NCBI RefSeq assembly: GCF_009914755.1
Contig: NC_060947.1
Strand: one strand, 5' to 3'
From: the human T2T-CHM13v2.0 reference genome, Homo sapiens
DNA: 64,000 nt
The notes beneath the pieces were generated by a model that was given only the letters and a program-made list of their open reading frames with translations, was not told the DNA's origin and did not search any database. The position numbers and the translations under genes are program-made. This document shows, piece after piece, positions 43,471 through 58,800 of the stretch. Numbering within the stretch: the stretch's first letter is position 1; each line of letters begins with the position of its first letter.

Positions 43471-43978
43471 AAAAGAAAGCAAACTGACAACACATAGAAT
43501 TGTGGTGAAGAATAGGAAAGAGCATCAGTAGAGAGCCTCTCTGGGGTGCAGCCTACTGAGCTCATAAAAGCTGAAGAGGGGGCAGGAACTCTGATATAAC
43601 ACTCTCACATGATAGACCTCACTCTGCACACAGGTAGAGACAGATCACCATTGGGAGACTTTGAAGGTGATAGCAAAAACAAAGCCTAAACCCGGCTAAA
43701 CTACTGAAGAAATTGACCACACACTTCCCTCACACACAAACTTACAACCTAGCTGAATAAGATACATTCCAATTTACATGCATTAATATTATTTACCTCA
43801 GCCTCTACTGTTCTTCTACACATGAGGACTGGCATTCAATAAAAATTATAAAATACAAAAAAATTAATAACTAGTAACTCATTTTCATGAAGAAAAGCAA
43901 TAAACAGACCTGGACTCAGAAATGACCTAACTGCTGACTACATTACAAAGATACTTGAAAAGAATTGTGATTAATATG

Positions 43979-44331
43979 TGTATCAGTCCGTTTGCACACT
44001 GCCAACAAAGACATACTCGAGAGTGGGAAGATTACAAAGAGGTTTAATGGACTTACAGTTCCACATGACTGGGGAAGCCTCACAATCATGGTGGAAGGCA
44101 AGGAGGAGCAAGTCACATCTTACATGGATGGCAGCAAGCAAAAAGAGAGAGAGCTTGTGCAGGGAAACTCCCCTTCATAGAACCATCAGATCTCATGAGA
44201 CTTATTCACTATCACGAGAACAGCAGGGGAAACACCTGCCCTTATGATTTGATTACCTCCCACCGGGTCCCTCCCACAACACGTGGGAATTCAAGATGAG
44301 ATTTGGGTGGGGACACAGCCAAACCATATCG
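43979..44331 (-). mobile_element. THE1 solo LTR
   Basis: TGTATCAGTCCGTTT...GCCAAACCATATC. Confidence 0.85.
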
Positions 44332-44619
44332 ACATGTTAAAGAATATAGTGGAAAAACTGAACAATATGCATGAAGAGAAGTATCAAGAAAATCATGAAT
44401 CACTGCACACACTTGTTAAAATAATTAATTGGGAGGCCATAAGACTGAAGCAGCTCTAGCACCCTGAGTTCCTATGTAAACAAACTGAAACTTTACTCAA
44501 TACAAATGGAAAAATGAAACAAACTTTACCAAAGTTGGCCAGCTAACCTCTAACAGGGGCTTTGCCAATCAGAAACCACCAAACAACCACTAACTAGGGG
44601 CTTTAAGACTACTGCTCCA

Positions 44620-44915
44620 CTTTTTTTTTTTTTGAGACAGGGTCTCACTCTGGTGCCCAAGCTGTTGTGCAGTGTTGTGATAACGGCTCACTGCAACCTA
44701 TGCCTCTCAGGTTCATGTGATTCTCATGCCTTAGCCACCTGAATAGCCAGGATTACAGGTGTGTGTCACCACACCCAGGTGATTTTTGTATTTTTAGTAG
44801 AGATGAGGTTTTGCCAGGTTGGCCAGGCTGGTCTCGAACTCCTGACCTCAAGTGATCTGTCCACTTCAACCTTGTAATGTGCTAGGATTACAGGCATGAG
44901 CCACTGCTCCTGGCC
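44620..44915 (-). repeat. Alu inserted in an LTR-like element (~44415-45110)
   Basis: Reverse Alu with a flanking CTCCAC duplication. Confidence 0.85.
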
Positions 44916-47900
44916 CTACAGCTCCACCTAAACCAAAAAAAAAATATTTTCTTTGCCTTGCTTCTGCATGCACATCATAAAAGTTCTGCCCTCATGCCCT
45001 TTTGGTGAAGCCCTGGACCACTTGTGGTTTTATGCTGCCCAATTCATGAATTGCTGTTTGCTGAAATAAACTCTTTACAATTTTAATTTTTCTAAGTTTA
45101 TCTTGTAACACAACTATTTTCAGTTTACTGTACATATTGAAACAAATAACTGATCTCTGAGCGATGAGAGATAGAAAATAAAGTGAGCCCTAAAATTTCC
45201 TTAGCTTACTGCCTGGAGGGCAGAGTACACAGCAGGAAAGCCTTGATGTTTTTTGAGTTGAGGAGGTAGAATTTAGAGGACAGGGAGACTAAAATTTGCA
45301 GAACAAAATAATGAAGAGGAGAAAGCGGTACAGAGAGAAATCTCCAGAGCTTACATGGGTTTGAGGATAGTTCTTGTTTCCTCTATTCAGAGTGAAAAAC
45401 TTTATAAAGCATGGGACATCAGCTAAAAACCTTAAGAGCGTTTTGTCCAGGTTATGAGGCATTATAAGCTATAGACTAAAAACTGCTCTGATCTCACCTA
45501 AAAAGAGCAAGACTTGAAAAAAATGCCACTATTTTCAAGAAACTTACCCATGCTGAAGAATAAATCCCAATAATATTTTATAGAAATACAAAACTATCTA
45601 GCACTCAACAAAGTAAAATTCAAAATGTCTTCCATCCAATCACAATGACCAATTTTGTAAAAAAGCAGAAATTAGGATCAATAATGAGGATAAAACACAC
45701 ACATGACACTGATAATAGAGATTGTAGGCAAAGACATTTAAAAATTTATGAATGTATATGAGAACCACAAAGCAGAGGGGAAAATGAGGGATAAAAAAAT
45801 ACTTGAGGAAATAATGAAAAGTTTTCAGGTTTGATAAAAACTATAAACCCCAAAATCTAATAAACTAAAAAAAAAATCGCAAAACAATAAACATGTATAA
45901 AGGTATACCAAGGCATTTGATAATCATATTGTTTAAAATCACTGAGATTTTAAGAAGAAATCACAAGAAACTTTTAAAAGTAAACAGAGATACAAATTAT
46001 GTACATTACCTACAAAGGAACAAAGATAACGATGACAGCAGATTTCTTTTGAAAGATAATGAAAGCCAGAGGAGAGTACTATATTTAAATATTGAAGGAA
46101 ACAAATACTAAAGACGTAAACTTCTATATTGATGAAAATATATTCCAAGAATAAAGATGAAACACTTTTGTTTCGGGAATGCAAAATTAGAATGAATTTA
46201 TCACCAACATATGTGCACTAGAAGAAATGTTAAAGTAAGTCCTCCAGGCAGATGGAAAGTGATGCCAGAGAAAAATCCGGATCTACACAAAGGAATCAAG
46301 AGCCCTAGAAGGTGCAACTGCATGCATAAGTATAAAACATATTTTCCTTATTATGTAATGTCTTCATAGCAAAGTAACTGTTTAAAATAACAGTACTTAA
46401 AGGTATTAAGTTAAAAATAGCAATGTATGATGTGGCTTACAACATATGTAAATGCAAAATGTATGCTTAGAATAGACCATAGGATGAGAAGGGGGAAATG
46501 GAAGTATACCGTTGGTTTTTATGTATCTGACTATTCTAAGTGCCAATGGGTAGAGCTGAATAGAGATGACTGTTTTCCTCATTGCACATGAGGTATACTA
46601 ATAAGGTGAGCCTGCACATAACAAGACATTTTTAAAAAACACTCATCGTTTATTATGTGAACAGAGAGAGTGCTGTGAACTCCAGACAATTACTCTGTAA
46701 TATTCCTTAAATGAGAAACTCTTATAGAAAGAACTTTACCTTGTTTTCTTAAAGGAAATTAAGAGACATATCTCTAATAAATTTTGGTTGAGATGAAGCC
46801 ATCTGAACATCAGTCAAGGGGATTGTGCACCATGTGCGGAAGCAGAGGCAACAGGTAAAAGTAAAATGAGTCAAGATCCTTGCTCTTGTTGAGCATGCTT
46901 GTACATGGTCTAAGAACACTCTCAAAAGAAGGAAACACAGTGAACATGCCCATAGTGCTGTTTGGTGATGATAGGCAGTAGCAGGGGCCTCTTTCCCGGA
47001 GGAGAGGCTGAAGCAGGGCTAGGAATGAGGTTAGAGACAGAGATTGGGGCCAACACTAAGGAAGATCCTTGCAAAATTCTCAGAGGGATAGTGGATTGGA
47101 GGGAGGGAGGGTAAACAGTCCCATTTTGAGAATAGAGAATAGATAAATATGTAGAAGAACAGTGTGTGCCTACGTGTGTTTAGGTCAGGGGTAGGACAAT
47201 GAAGAACTGGGTAAACAAGAGGTGACATGGTGAGGTATGCTGATGATAAAAAGATTGGGGGCTATCAGTTGTTGGCAGGGCTGGAGAGCCAGGAAGCAAA
47301 ATTGGGATTCAGTGCATTGGGCAGAATGGCATCCACATAGATATGTGCCTGTGCAGGGGCATGATGAAGCCCACCTTTGAGGAAGGTCTTCTAGCACAGG
47401 GCTTTCCCAGCAGTGCAGGGGCATCCCCAGTGTTCTGTAGCAGGTAAGGCATCAGGGCCCACTGCCTAAAGGAGGGAGAAAGGATGCTGGGCGAACAGGA
47501 CTCTGGGACTAGAGTGCTCACTTCAGCCAGACTGCTCTGCCTTCTAATGTTCATAAATTGGAGTTCTATGGAAGGCTTCAGTTAAAATAAGGGATTCTAT
47601 GTCTAAAATTTGGCAACCATGGTCTACTAGTGAGATATGGGATGCATTGTGGTGTCCTGGCATCCTCTACTTGTGCCTAATATTGCTTTCAGCCCTTTGC
47701 TTCACTGACTTTAGTTACTGCAAAGTTGCCAGCTGCCTAGAACACACTAGATTAGAAGAGGTTTAACAAGGAAGTGTGTACCATCTCCATGGGTTTTCCA
47801 TCTACCCTCCAAATATCTGCACTTTAAACCAATCCTCTATTCCAGACATTATCTGCTGACATATAGACCCACTTTTATAGTCACAGGACACAGGTTCTCT

Positions 47901-48055
47901 GTTGTGACAAGGACGCAGAAACCATGGGAGGCATTCTGAGCTGGGAACATCATCTGGATCATTTTTCATAGCCCTTTATCTATAGTTACTGAATTAGTTG
48001 GTCCTGGGCATTCCCACTCCAGCTTACCCCTCCTTGCAGATGCACATTCCCTTAC

Positions 48056-48269
48056 CTTGCTCATTGGTATTCCTAGCCTGTATCAATGGTCAGCCATCAG
48101 TCACCAGCTCCACTTGCATAGCACCCACCTCTATGAAAGGGGTCCAGTGTACACAGGAAAAAAATTGTCAGCCTCCACTGGGGGTCAAGACAGCTCCCTG
48201 CCCTGGTGAGAGTGCACAGGATTACTACAGTGATCAAGAGAATGACTCAGGCAGCCAGCTATACCCTTC
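48056..48269 (-). CDS. MAGEA11: Candidate distal alternative first coding exon of MAGEA11 (encodes M-S-K, phase 0 into exon 22557; 400-aa isoform)
   Basis: Acceptor ttccccatctcctgtcag|G at 48270/48269. ATG AGC AAG|GTAAGG with ATG at 48064 and donor after 48056. The phase matches the 22557 exon. This fits my recollection of a shorter MAGEA11 isoform with a distal start, which needs checking. Confidence 0.65.
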
Positions 48270-48305
48270 CTGACAGGAGATGGGGAAATTTTAATGTAGG
48301 CTAAT

Positions 48306-48329
48306 TGTATATGTATATGTATGTGTATG

Positions 48330-48364
<35 letters not shown>

Positions 48365-48391
48365 GTGTATATGTATATGTACATACATATA
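48306..48391. repeat. (TATATG/TGTATG)n microsatellite
   Basis: Directly visible. It produces the spurious HIHIHI ORF. Confidence 0.95.
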
Positions 48392-48394
48392 TCA

Positions 48395-49515
48395 CTCCAT
48401 GATTCCTGACATTCTTATAGATCTTGTTATTTCCTAAGTGAGTAAAACAATACGAATATCTTTCATTAAAATATTTGTCCTGTTGTCTTTGGTTCCTGAA
48501 GCAGCTTCAGAACAGCTTCGGAATAGTAAAGGTGGAAGACAGTCTTCTGTTGTAATGTTGGAGTGCTTTAGGCCTCAGAAGGAGACCTCGGAAAACACAA
48601 TCTCGCTTTCTAACTTTCTTTTGCCCCCCTTTCACCTTCTTCTTTTTCTCCCTAAGACAAGCCATAGAAACTAAAAACAGTCATCTCTCCTCACCTGTCT
48701 TAGAGCTGGTCATAAAGAAATTCTCTGACCTACCTTGTCTGATTGTAGGTCTTAAACTCCCATTTCAGAAGAGGTCCTGACCCATACCCTGGAGGACACA
48801 ATGCTGCTCAGGGAGAACAGGAAGAATCTGAACAGACAGGCCTTGCTGGTTTCCCAACTCAGTCTCTTAGTATTAGGTTATATCTTTCTGTCCAATCATA
48901 TTTCTACACATCTGTCCATGCTTCAATCATGCCTATCCAATGAAGTCTTAGTAAAAGGGTCAGGAGGACAGGATATTGAGAGCTTCTGAACAGCTGAATT
49001 CATGGAGGCTTCCAGAAAGGTGCATAAGAACTCATCCACGTGCCAGGAGAGTGCTGCACCCCAACTGCATGGGAACAGAAGCCCTTGCAGGGCAGACCCT
49101 CCAGAACTCGCCCTATGTACCTCTTTATATGGCTGTTTCATTGTGTCCTTTAAAATATCCTTTGTTATAAACCAGTAAACATAAATATCTCCCTGAGTTT
49201 TGTGAGCTGATCCAGCAAATCAAGCCTAAAGAAGGGGTCATGACAACCTGAAGTTGAAGCCAATCAGTTAGAAGTTCCAGAGGCCTGGACTTTTGACTAG
49301 CATCTGAAGAGAGGGCACTGTTGTGGGACTGAGTCCTCAACCTGTGGATCTGATGCTATCTCCAGATAGATAGCGTCAGAATGGAATTGAATTAAAAGGC
49401 ACCTAGCTGGTGTCTGCTGTAGAATTGATTTCTTGCTTTTTGGTGAGGAGAAATCCCCATACATTCAGTCACAGAAGTCTTCTGTGTTGATTGTTGTGGT
49501 GTGAAAGCAGATGAA
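48395..49515 (+). mobile_element. MER21/MER4-group LTR sequence
   Basis: Motifs GAAGAATCTGAACAGACAGGCCTTGCTGG and CCCTATGTACCTCT...CCCTGAGTTTTGTGAGC. Boundaries approximate. Confidence 0.65.
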
Positions 49516-49874
49516 AACAGATGAAAGCAGATGAAATGCCCTGGTGCATTCAGCTACCGGGCCTGCTCACTCACATCACGTGGCCATGTTCAGCTGGAGA
49601 TTATGGTTCCCAGATTTCCCAAGCCTATTCCTGCTCATTGTCCTGTCCTCCCTACTGCCTTTCCCCTTATATCCCTCAGGTCCCTGATCCCACTGGGCTG
49701 AACTCTGGATTGAGAGCTCTGAGTGCCAGCCTGCCTGGGGCTCTGTGGACTTGGTTGTGTGCGTGGTCTCTCTCATGGACTCTGGCAGTTGCCCTTTCTT
49801 GGATCCTCCTAATGCCCCTCATGAGCTGATGGTGTCCTGTCTTCTCTCCTTCCCTGCCATCTGGTCAGTCTGAC

Positions 49875-52438
<2,564 letters not shown>

Positions 52439-53195
52439 CTGACCAAACCCTTCTCGAAGTAAAGATAAATGGGAATTTCGTGTCAGAAGATGTTTACTGC
52501 ACAGTGATTTCCATGGTCTTTCTTCATGTACCACTGTGAGAGAGGCTATGGTTTTGACCACCTAGGAAAGTTTGTTTATATGCTCAGTACTCAGTTTTAA
52601 ATAAGGCTACATCAAAGGCATTCTTCATTTCTGTTACATTACCTTTGAATTCTAGCACTCACTTTAGATTATTTAATACAGTTTTCACCTCTTTGCTGTC
52701 ATTTCCCATCTATTCTTGTGTGTTGTCTACTTTTTTTATTAGACCTTAAACATATGAATCACTGATATTTTATATTCATATTTTATAAGTATAAAATTTG
52801 TGTTATACTCAGTCTGCTTTTGCAACTTGCTTTGTCACCTCAGGCTCTTTTTCCTTGCCTTGCGTCATGCTGTGGAAGTTTTTGTGAAAAACTGAATGTG
52901 ATGTATTTGGTAATAGTAAACCAAGATGAAAAGCTTTTAGTGTGATACTTTCTGTTAATTTGACTAGGTCTTGGACAGGGCTTAATGTTTGCTGCAGCTG
53001 TAGGTGCCAAAGCCTTCAATGCCCTGCAGTATTCTTTTTTGTCTCCCTCCTATTGTCTTTGGTTTTCTTAATAACTACCAATTAAATTAAGCCTCTGTCT
53101 TCTAGCTCTTCATCCATTGTAATCCACTGTCGATGTGGTTGTATCATCCATTGTAATCCACCATCAATGTGGTTGTAAGGTGTTAGGGAAAGAAT

Positions 53196-54201
53196 TGAAA
53201 CCATCTTTGTAAATGTTATACAATTAATCAGGGAAGAAGAGAGGAGGAGAAATGAAAACAAACCAAGCTTTCAGCACAGTCAGCATTAATCACTAGGTTA
53301 GCTTGCTCTCTGACCCACTCCTCATAGTCATTTGTCTCTGCCTCAAAATCACACAGACCTTGTTATCAGATTATAGGTCCCCATAATTGCTCTATAGATA
53401 GCAACTTAAACATTCTGAAACGTTAAGTTTTCCTTTTGAGATATTCTTTCCAATCCTTCATACCAGTGAAACCTACTGATTGTAGCTGGTCTGAAGGACC
53501 CCAGGAGGAGCTGGCTCACGGAAGAATGCAGTTTCCACATCCTGATGACTTCATCCCTCTTACCCCAAACAATCAACGACTCCAACTTTCAGCCCCTTGC
53601 CCTCCATGATCCTCTTAAAAACTGTCACGCGTATCCATGTGAAAAGACCACCAAACAGGCTTTGTGTGAGCAATAAAGCTTTTTAATCACCTGGGTGCAG
53701 GCGGGCTGACTCCAAAAAGAGAGTAAGCGAAGGGAGATAGGGGTGGGGCAGTTTTATAGGATTTTGGTGGGTAGTGGAAAATTACAGTCAAAGGGGGGTT
53801 TTCTCTTGCAGGCAGGGGCGGGGGTCACAGGGTGCTCAGTGGGGCAGCTTCTGAGCCAGGAGAAGGAATTTCACAAGGTTAATCACTCAGTTAAGGTAGG
53901 GCAGGAACAAATCACAGTGGTGGAATGTCATCAGTTAAGGCAGGAACCAGCCATTTTCACTTCTTTTGTGATTCTTCACTTGCTTTAGGCCATCTGAATG
54001 TATATGTGCAGGCTTGGGCTCAGAGGCCTGACAAAAATCTCATCCCAGAACTCCTTGGGGAGATGGATTTGGGGGTCTCCTCCCATCTCCTTACTCAGGG
54101 CCCTGTGATGATTAAACTCTTTCTCTTCTGCAAACTTTGCTGTCTTAGCGTATTCAACTGTTACTGCTCAGTGAGCACATGAACCTGTTGGTCCTATAAC
54201 A
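53196..54201 (+). mobile_element. ERV1 solo LTR (LTR8/LTR26-like) interrupted by the LTR7
   Basis: Starts TGAAACCATCTTTG, contains ATTAAA, ends CCTATAACA. Subfamily uncertain. Confidence 0.6.
53623..54033 (-). mobile_element. Solo LTR7-family (HERV-H) LTR
   Basis: Minus strand begins TGTCAGGCCTCTGAGCCCAAGC and ends ...GCGTGACA. Near-TSD AAAAC/AAAAT. Confidence 0.88.
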
Positions 54202-55303
54202 GGATCATTCTTAATCTTATGATTGAATTGCAGGACTTATTGAATATGTGTCTCTGAGTTGTGGCCTTCGTGACTGTTTCACCAGCAGTATAGTTTCTTT
54301 GCCCCATTTCCCCCAAATCCTTTTGCTCACTCCTGTGTTCCTAAGCAAAGAAAGACTGTCAAATCAGGCAGCTCCAGAACCAAAATAGGTTCAGAGCAAC
54401 TCCAGGGTTGCCACGTGGTGAGATAATATTTGTGAACCAATAAAGGATAGTAATATACAGAAAACAGAAATGACGTACAGAAAGAACTGGATTGGCAACA
54501 GCTGGGGATTTGCCTTGTTTGAACCTGCTTTGAACAGTTGGCTGCCTGTGGTTGACTAAGACTCAGTTGCTTGTTACAAGGTATATTACAATCTGTCTAT
54601 ACTTCAAGTTAGGTTACACTTCACTATGTGTAGAGGAATCTTTAGGCCAACCTTCAAATATGTAGAGGGGAAGCTTTAGATCAAACTCAATTTGATATCC
54701 TTTAGGTAAGACAAGAAAGCTAGAAGTTTGCAGTGGGAGGAATGCCATTCCCCAAGCTGGGATGACGCTATGGCAAAGCCTTTTACTGCTGGAGAACACC
54801 TTTGTTATGGAGAAGGCTCTGAGTGTTTTTCACAATAGCTATTTTTCTCCTACTTCTGCCCAGATGAATGAGAGAAGCTTGCTCAGACCTTCACGGTGAG
54901 AATTCGCTGATGCTCCTGGAGGTAAAGCACTCAACAATTTGCCTCCCAAGACTGTGGCTGCCAAGTAATTTATCACTCTCATGGTACTCCACATTCAGCA
55001 TCTAAAATTTCATTCAATTACCATTTAAAGGTTTTTTACTAGGTTACAGACCCAGAATTGTCTACTCCTGATAAGTATATCTTAGCTTTGCCTCTTTGTA
55101 CCTGACTCTCCTGATTTTGGGTGGTAATTTGCCCTGCAACATCAATTCCTTAGTATGTGTGAGAAAAATAACTGATTTTCAGTTTGCCAAGCATATTTTT
55201 GTAGTAAAAATGACCATGTCAGTGTTCAACACCTTTACAGTCAGGGCTGAAGTTAGAAGCCCTGTATTAACTTTTTAGTTACCGATTTATATTATGTATA
55301 CCT

Positions 55304-55894
55304 GTTAGAGTAGGCAGATAGCCAGAAATGAGCAGGCAAGGGAGTCCCTGGGAAAAGAAGTCCTGGGAGACACTGCCCACTGACAATCAGAAAAAAATAA
55401 AAATAAAAATAAAAATAAAAACCAATGGCTATATTGGCTACAGCTGGCCTTGTGGTTAGGCTCTTCCAGCCCAGAAGGGGTCTTACCAGGCCCTAACTGG
55501 AGGCAACAATGGTAGGGACTTTTCCTACTGAGGAGCATGCACACTCCTCCCATAAATCACCCTGGAGTAGCCTTTTGCTTATTATAATAGTGAAAAACAC
55601 ACCCTGGGGTGGAGACTTTAAATGCTAATGAGACATGCCACATGTGTACTAGTATGCACAACCACAGAGCATGTGCGGTCAAGGGGACCACATAAAACAT
55701 GATTGCAAGTGACATTCCGTCATGCCCCTTCATGAATAATCATGTAAGATTCTCATAAAGAGAGTCCCCCAGCACTAGCTGCTGCTGGCTCATTCTCTCT
55801 TTCAACAGCCCACTCTGATTTGTCTTCCAGAGTGTACTGTCTCTTTAAATAAACACTGCTATTGCTCTTTTTCCAGCCAAACCAGCCAAGGTTT
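55304..55894 (+). mobile_element. MER50-like ERV1 LTR truncated at the inverted-repeat breakpoint
   Basis: Starts TGTTAGAGTAGGCAGATAG. AATAAA at ~55848. No terminal CA before the HML-5 sequence begins. Confidence 0.6.
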
Positions 55895-58800
55895 GTCCTA
55901 GGGCAATCAAGGCTATCCAGTCAAGGGATTAATGTGCTCACTTGGGTAATTGATAGTGATTATCAAAGTGAAATATTAGTTATGATGGAACGTAAAGGTC
56001 TGCATATTCTTCTCCCTGGATCAAAGATAGCCCAGTTAATACTCTTACCATACTGGGTCCCCAAAGCCCAGGGAAAAGAAAGGGGAAAGGGAAGTTTTGG
56101 AAGCACGGGAGCCACAGGAGTATATTGGAACCAATTAATCGCTTATCAGAGACCCATGATTACCTTAAAAATTGGAAATAAAAATGTTACTAGCTTATTG
56201 GACACAGAGGTGGATATTTCAATCATTAGCGATCAAAACTGGCCAGAAACTTGGCCTTCGGTCACTCAGAAACGAAAAATTGTCGGCATCGGGGAAGCGC
56301 ACACAGCCAAGCAGAGCACACGCCCCCTAATATGTTGCGATTTGGAGGGAAGAAAAACAGTTATACAACCTCTAATCATGTCCATCCCTGTTAATCTTTG
56401 GGGGCGGGACCTATTAGCCCAATGTGGGGATCACTCTACAGACCCCTTTCTAATAATGGCCACTGTTGTAATTCTTCCCCTACCCCTCACGTGTCTCTCT
56501 CTAGATCCAGTTTGGGTAGAACAGTGGCCTTTAAAGGGAGAGAAATTACAAAGAGCCCATGAACTAGTTGAGGAGCAATTAAAAGCCAGCCATATAGAAC
56601 CATCAAATAGCCCTTAGAATTTGCCCATTTTTGTCATTCCCAAAAAGTCTGGTAAATGGAGACTTTTGCATGACTTATGTGCTATTAATGCTAATTTGTA
56701 ACCTATGGGGCCCCTTCAACAGGGGCTCCCTTCCCCCACGGCGATTCCTCAAGATTGGCCTACAGTTGTTATTGACTTAAAAGAGTGCTTTTGTACTATT
56801 CCCCTTGCAAAACAGGGCAGAGAAAAATTTGCGTTTACAATACCAGCTATCAATAATGAAAGGCCAGCTTGCAGATTTCATTGGAAAGTGCTTCCTCCAG
56901 GAATGCTGAACAGTCCTACCATGTGTCAGTAACATGTAAATCAAGCTTTGCTCCCCAGTAGAAAATAATTTCCTAATTGCAAGATTATTCATTTTGTGGA
57001 TAATATTTTACCAGCAGCCCCAACAGAGCCAGTACTTTTAAGTTTATATTCCTCTATCGTAAAGAACACGCAGTTAAGAGGTTCAATCATAGCACCTGAA
57101 AAAGTACAAATGTCCTCTCCTAGGAAATACCTTGGGCACATACTAACTTCCCGGTCAGCAAAACCTCAAAAGGTTAAATTAAATACTAGCAACTTACACA
57201 CCTTAAATAATGACCAGAAATTACTAGGCAATATTAACTGGCTTCGCCCCACCTTAGGCATAACTACTTATAAGTTCCAAAACCTGTTTTCTATATTAAA
57301 AGGCAATGCTGCTCTAGACTCTTCTAGGCACTTAACTCCTGCAGCATAAAGGGAAATTGAGGGAGTAGAGCAAGCTATTTCTCACAGGCAACTAGATTGC
57401 ATAGATCCATGATATTCAGTTCAGTTGTTTGTTTTTCCCACTAAACATTCCCCAAGAGGATTAATAGGACAGATGGGCCCAGGGCTGCACTTTCTAGAAT
57501 GGGTTTTTTGCCCACATAATAGGACTAAAACACTCTCTCTATATATCCAGCTAATTAGTAAAGTCATCCATTCAGGCCGCAGACAATGCAATAGGTTGCT
57601 AGGTTATGATCCTGATGTCATCAGAATTCCTTTGAGTAAAAAGCAATTCGAAGCAGTATTGCCTTTATCTTTAGGCCTGCAAACAGCACTCTCTGATTAC
57701 ACAGGCCATGTAGAGCATGCCCTTCCTGCTGATAAATGACTTCAGTTCTTATCTCATACTTCTGTGGTTTTGCCTGCAAAAATAGCTCACTCCCCCATAC
57801 CTAACATTTTAACACTGTTTACCGATGGCTCTGGTAAACATGGAAAAGCGGCTATTTGGTGGAGACCGCATAATTCCCTCATTCATTCTGGATTTACTAG
57901 CACTCAGAGAGCTGAAGTTGGAGCCTTAATATTGGCCTTCGAGAATTTTTTCGCTCAACCCATCAATATTGTTAGTGACCCTGCTTACTCTATTTATTTA
58001 CTGCAGAACCTTGAAACAACCCTCATTAAGTCCACTCTGGAGCCCACACTGTGTGCACTTTTTGTTCGACTTCAGCAATTGCTAGATCAACGTACACATC
58101 CTATTTTTATCACATATATTCGAGCCCACAGCTCACTGCCTGGCCCACTGGCTTATGACAATGAACAAGCAGACCTACAAGTGGTGACATCACGGCTTAA
58201 CCAATCCACCCAATAACATCAATTTTCCCACCAAAATTGGAGAAACTTATCCAAACGATTTCAACTTATCCAGAGAGTAGCTAGACAAATTATCCTGCAA
58301 TGCCCAGATTGCCAGCTCACAGGCACATCCCCTCCTTCTACAGGTGTTAACCCTAGAGGACTAGAACCTAATCAGTTATGGCAAACAGATGTTAGACACA
58401 TCCCTGAATTTGGAAAACTAAGATATGTACATGTGTCCATTGATACCAATTCTCATGTAATTAGTGCTCATGCCTTTCCTGGAGAGTCCACCCGATATGT
58501 CATTAAACATCTTCTTTTAACTTTTGCATTTATGGGGCGGCCCACAAAAAATAAAACTGATAACGGTCTGGCTTATGCCAGCTCACAGCTTCAACAATTT
58601 TGTCACATGTGGAACATCCAACATTCCACAGGCATCCCGCATAACCCCCCAAGGACAGGCCATAGTAGAACGTGTCCATTTCACCTTTAAAAATATGCTC
58701 AAAAAAACAAAAAAGGGGGAATATGAGTTAAGGACACTGCAACACTATTGGCACAAGCCTTATTTACCCTTAATTTTTTAAATTTAAAGATAAATTTCCA

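Noticed and set aside
48185-48388. HIHIHI repeat protein
   Set aside because: Translation of the (TATATG)n microsatellite.
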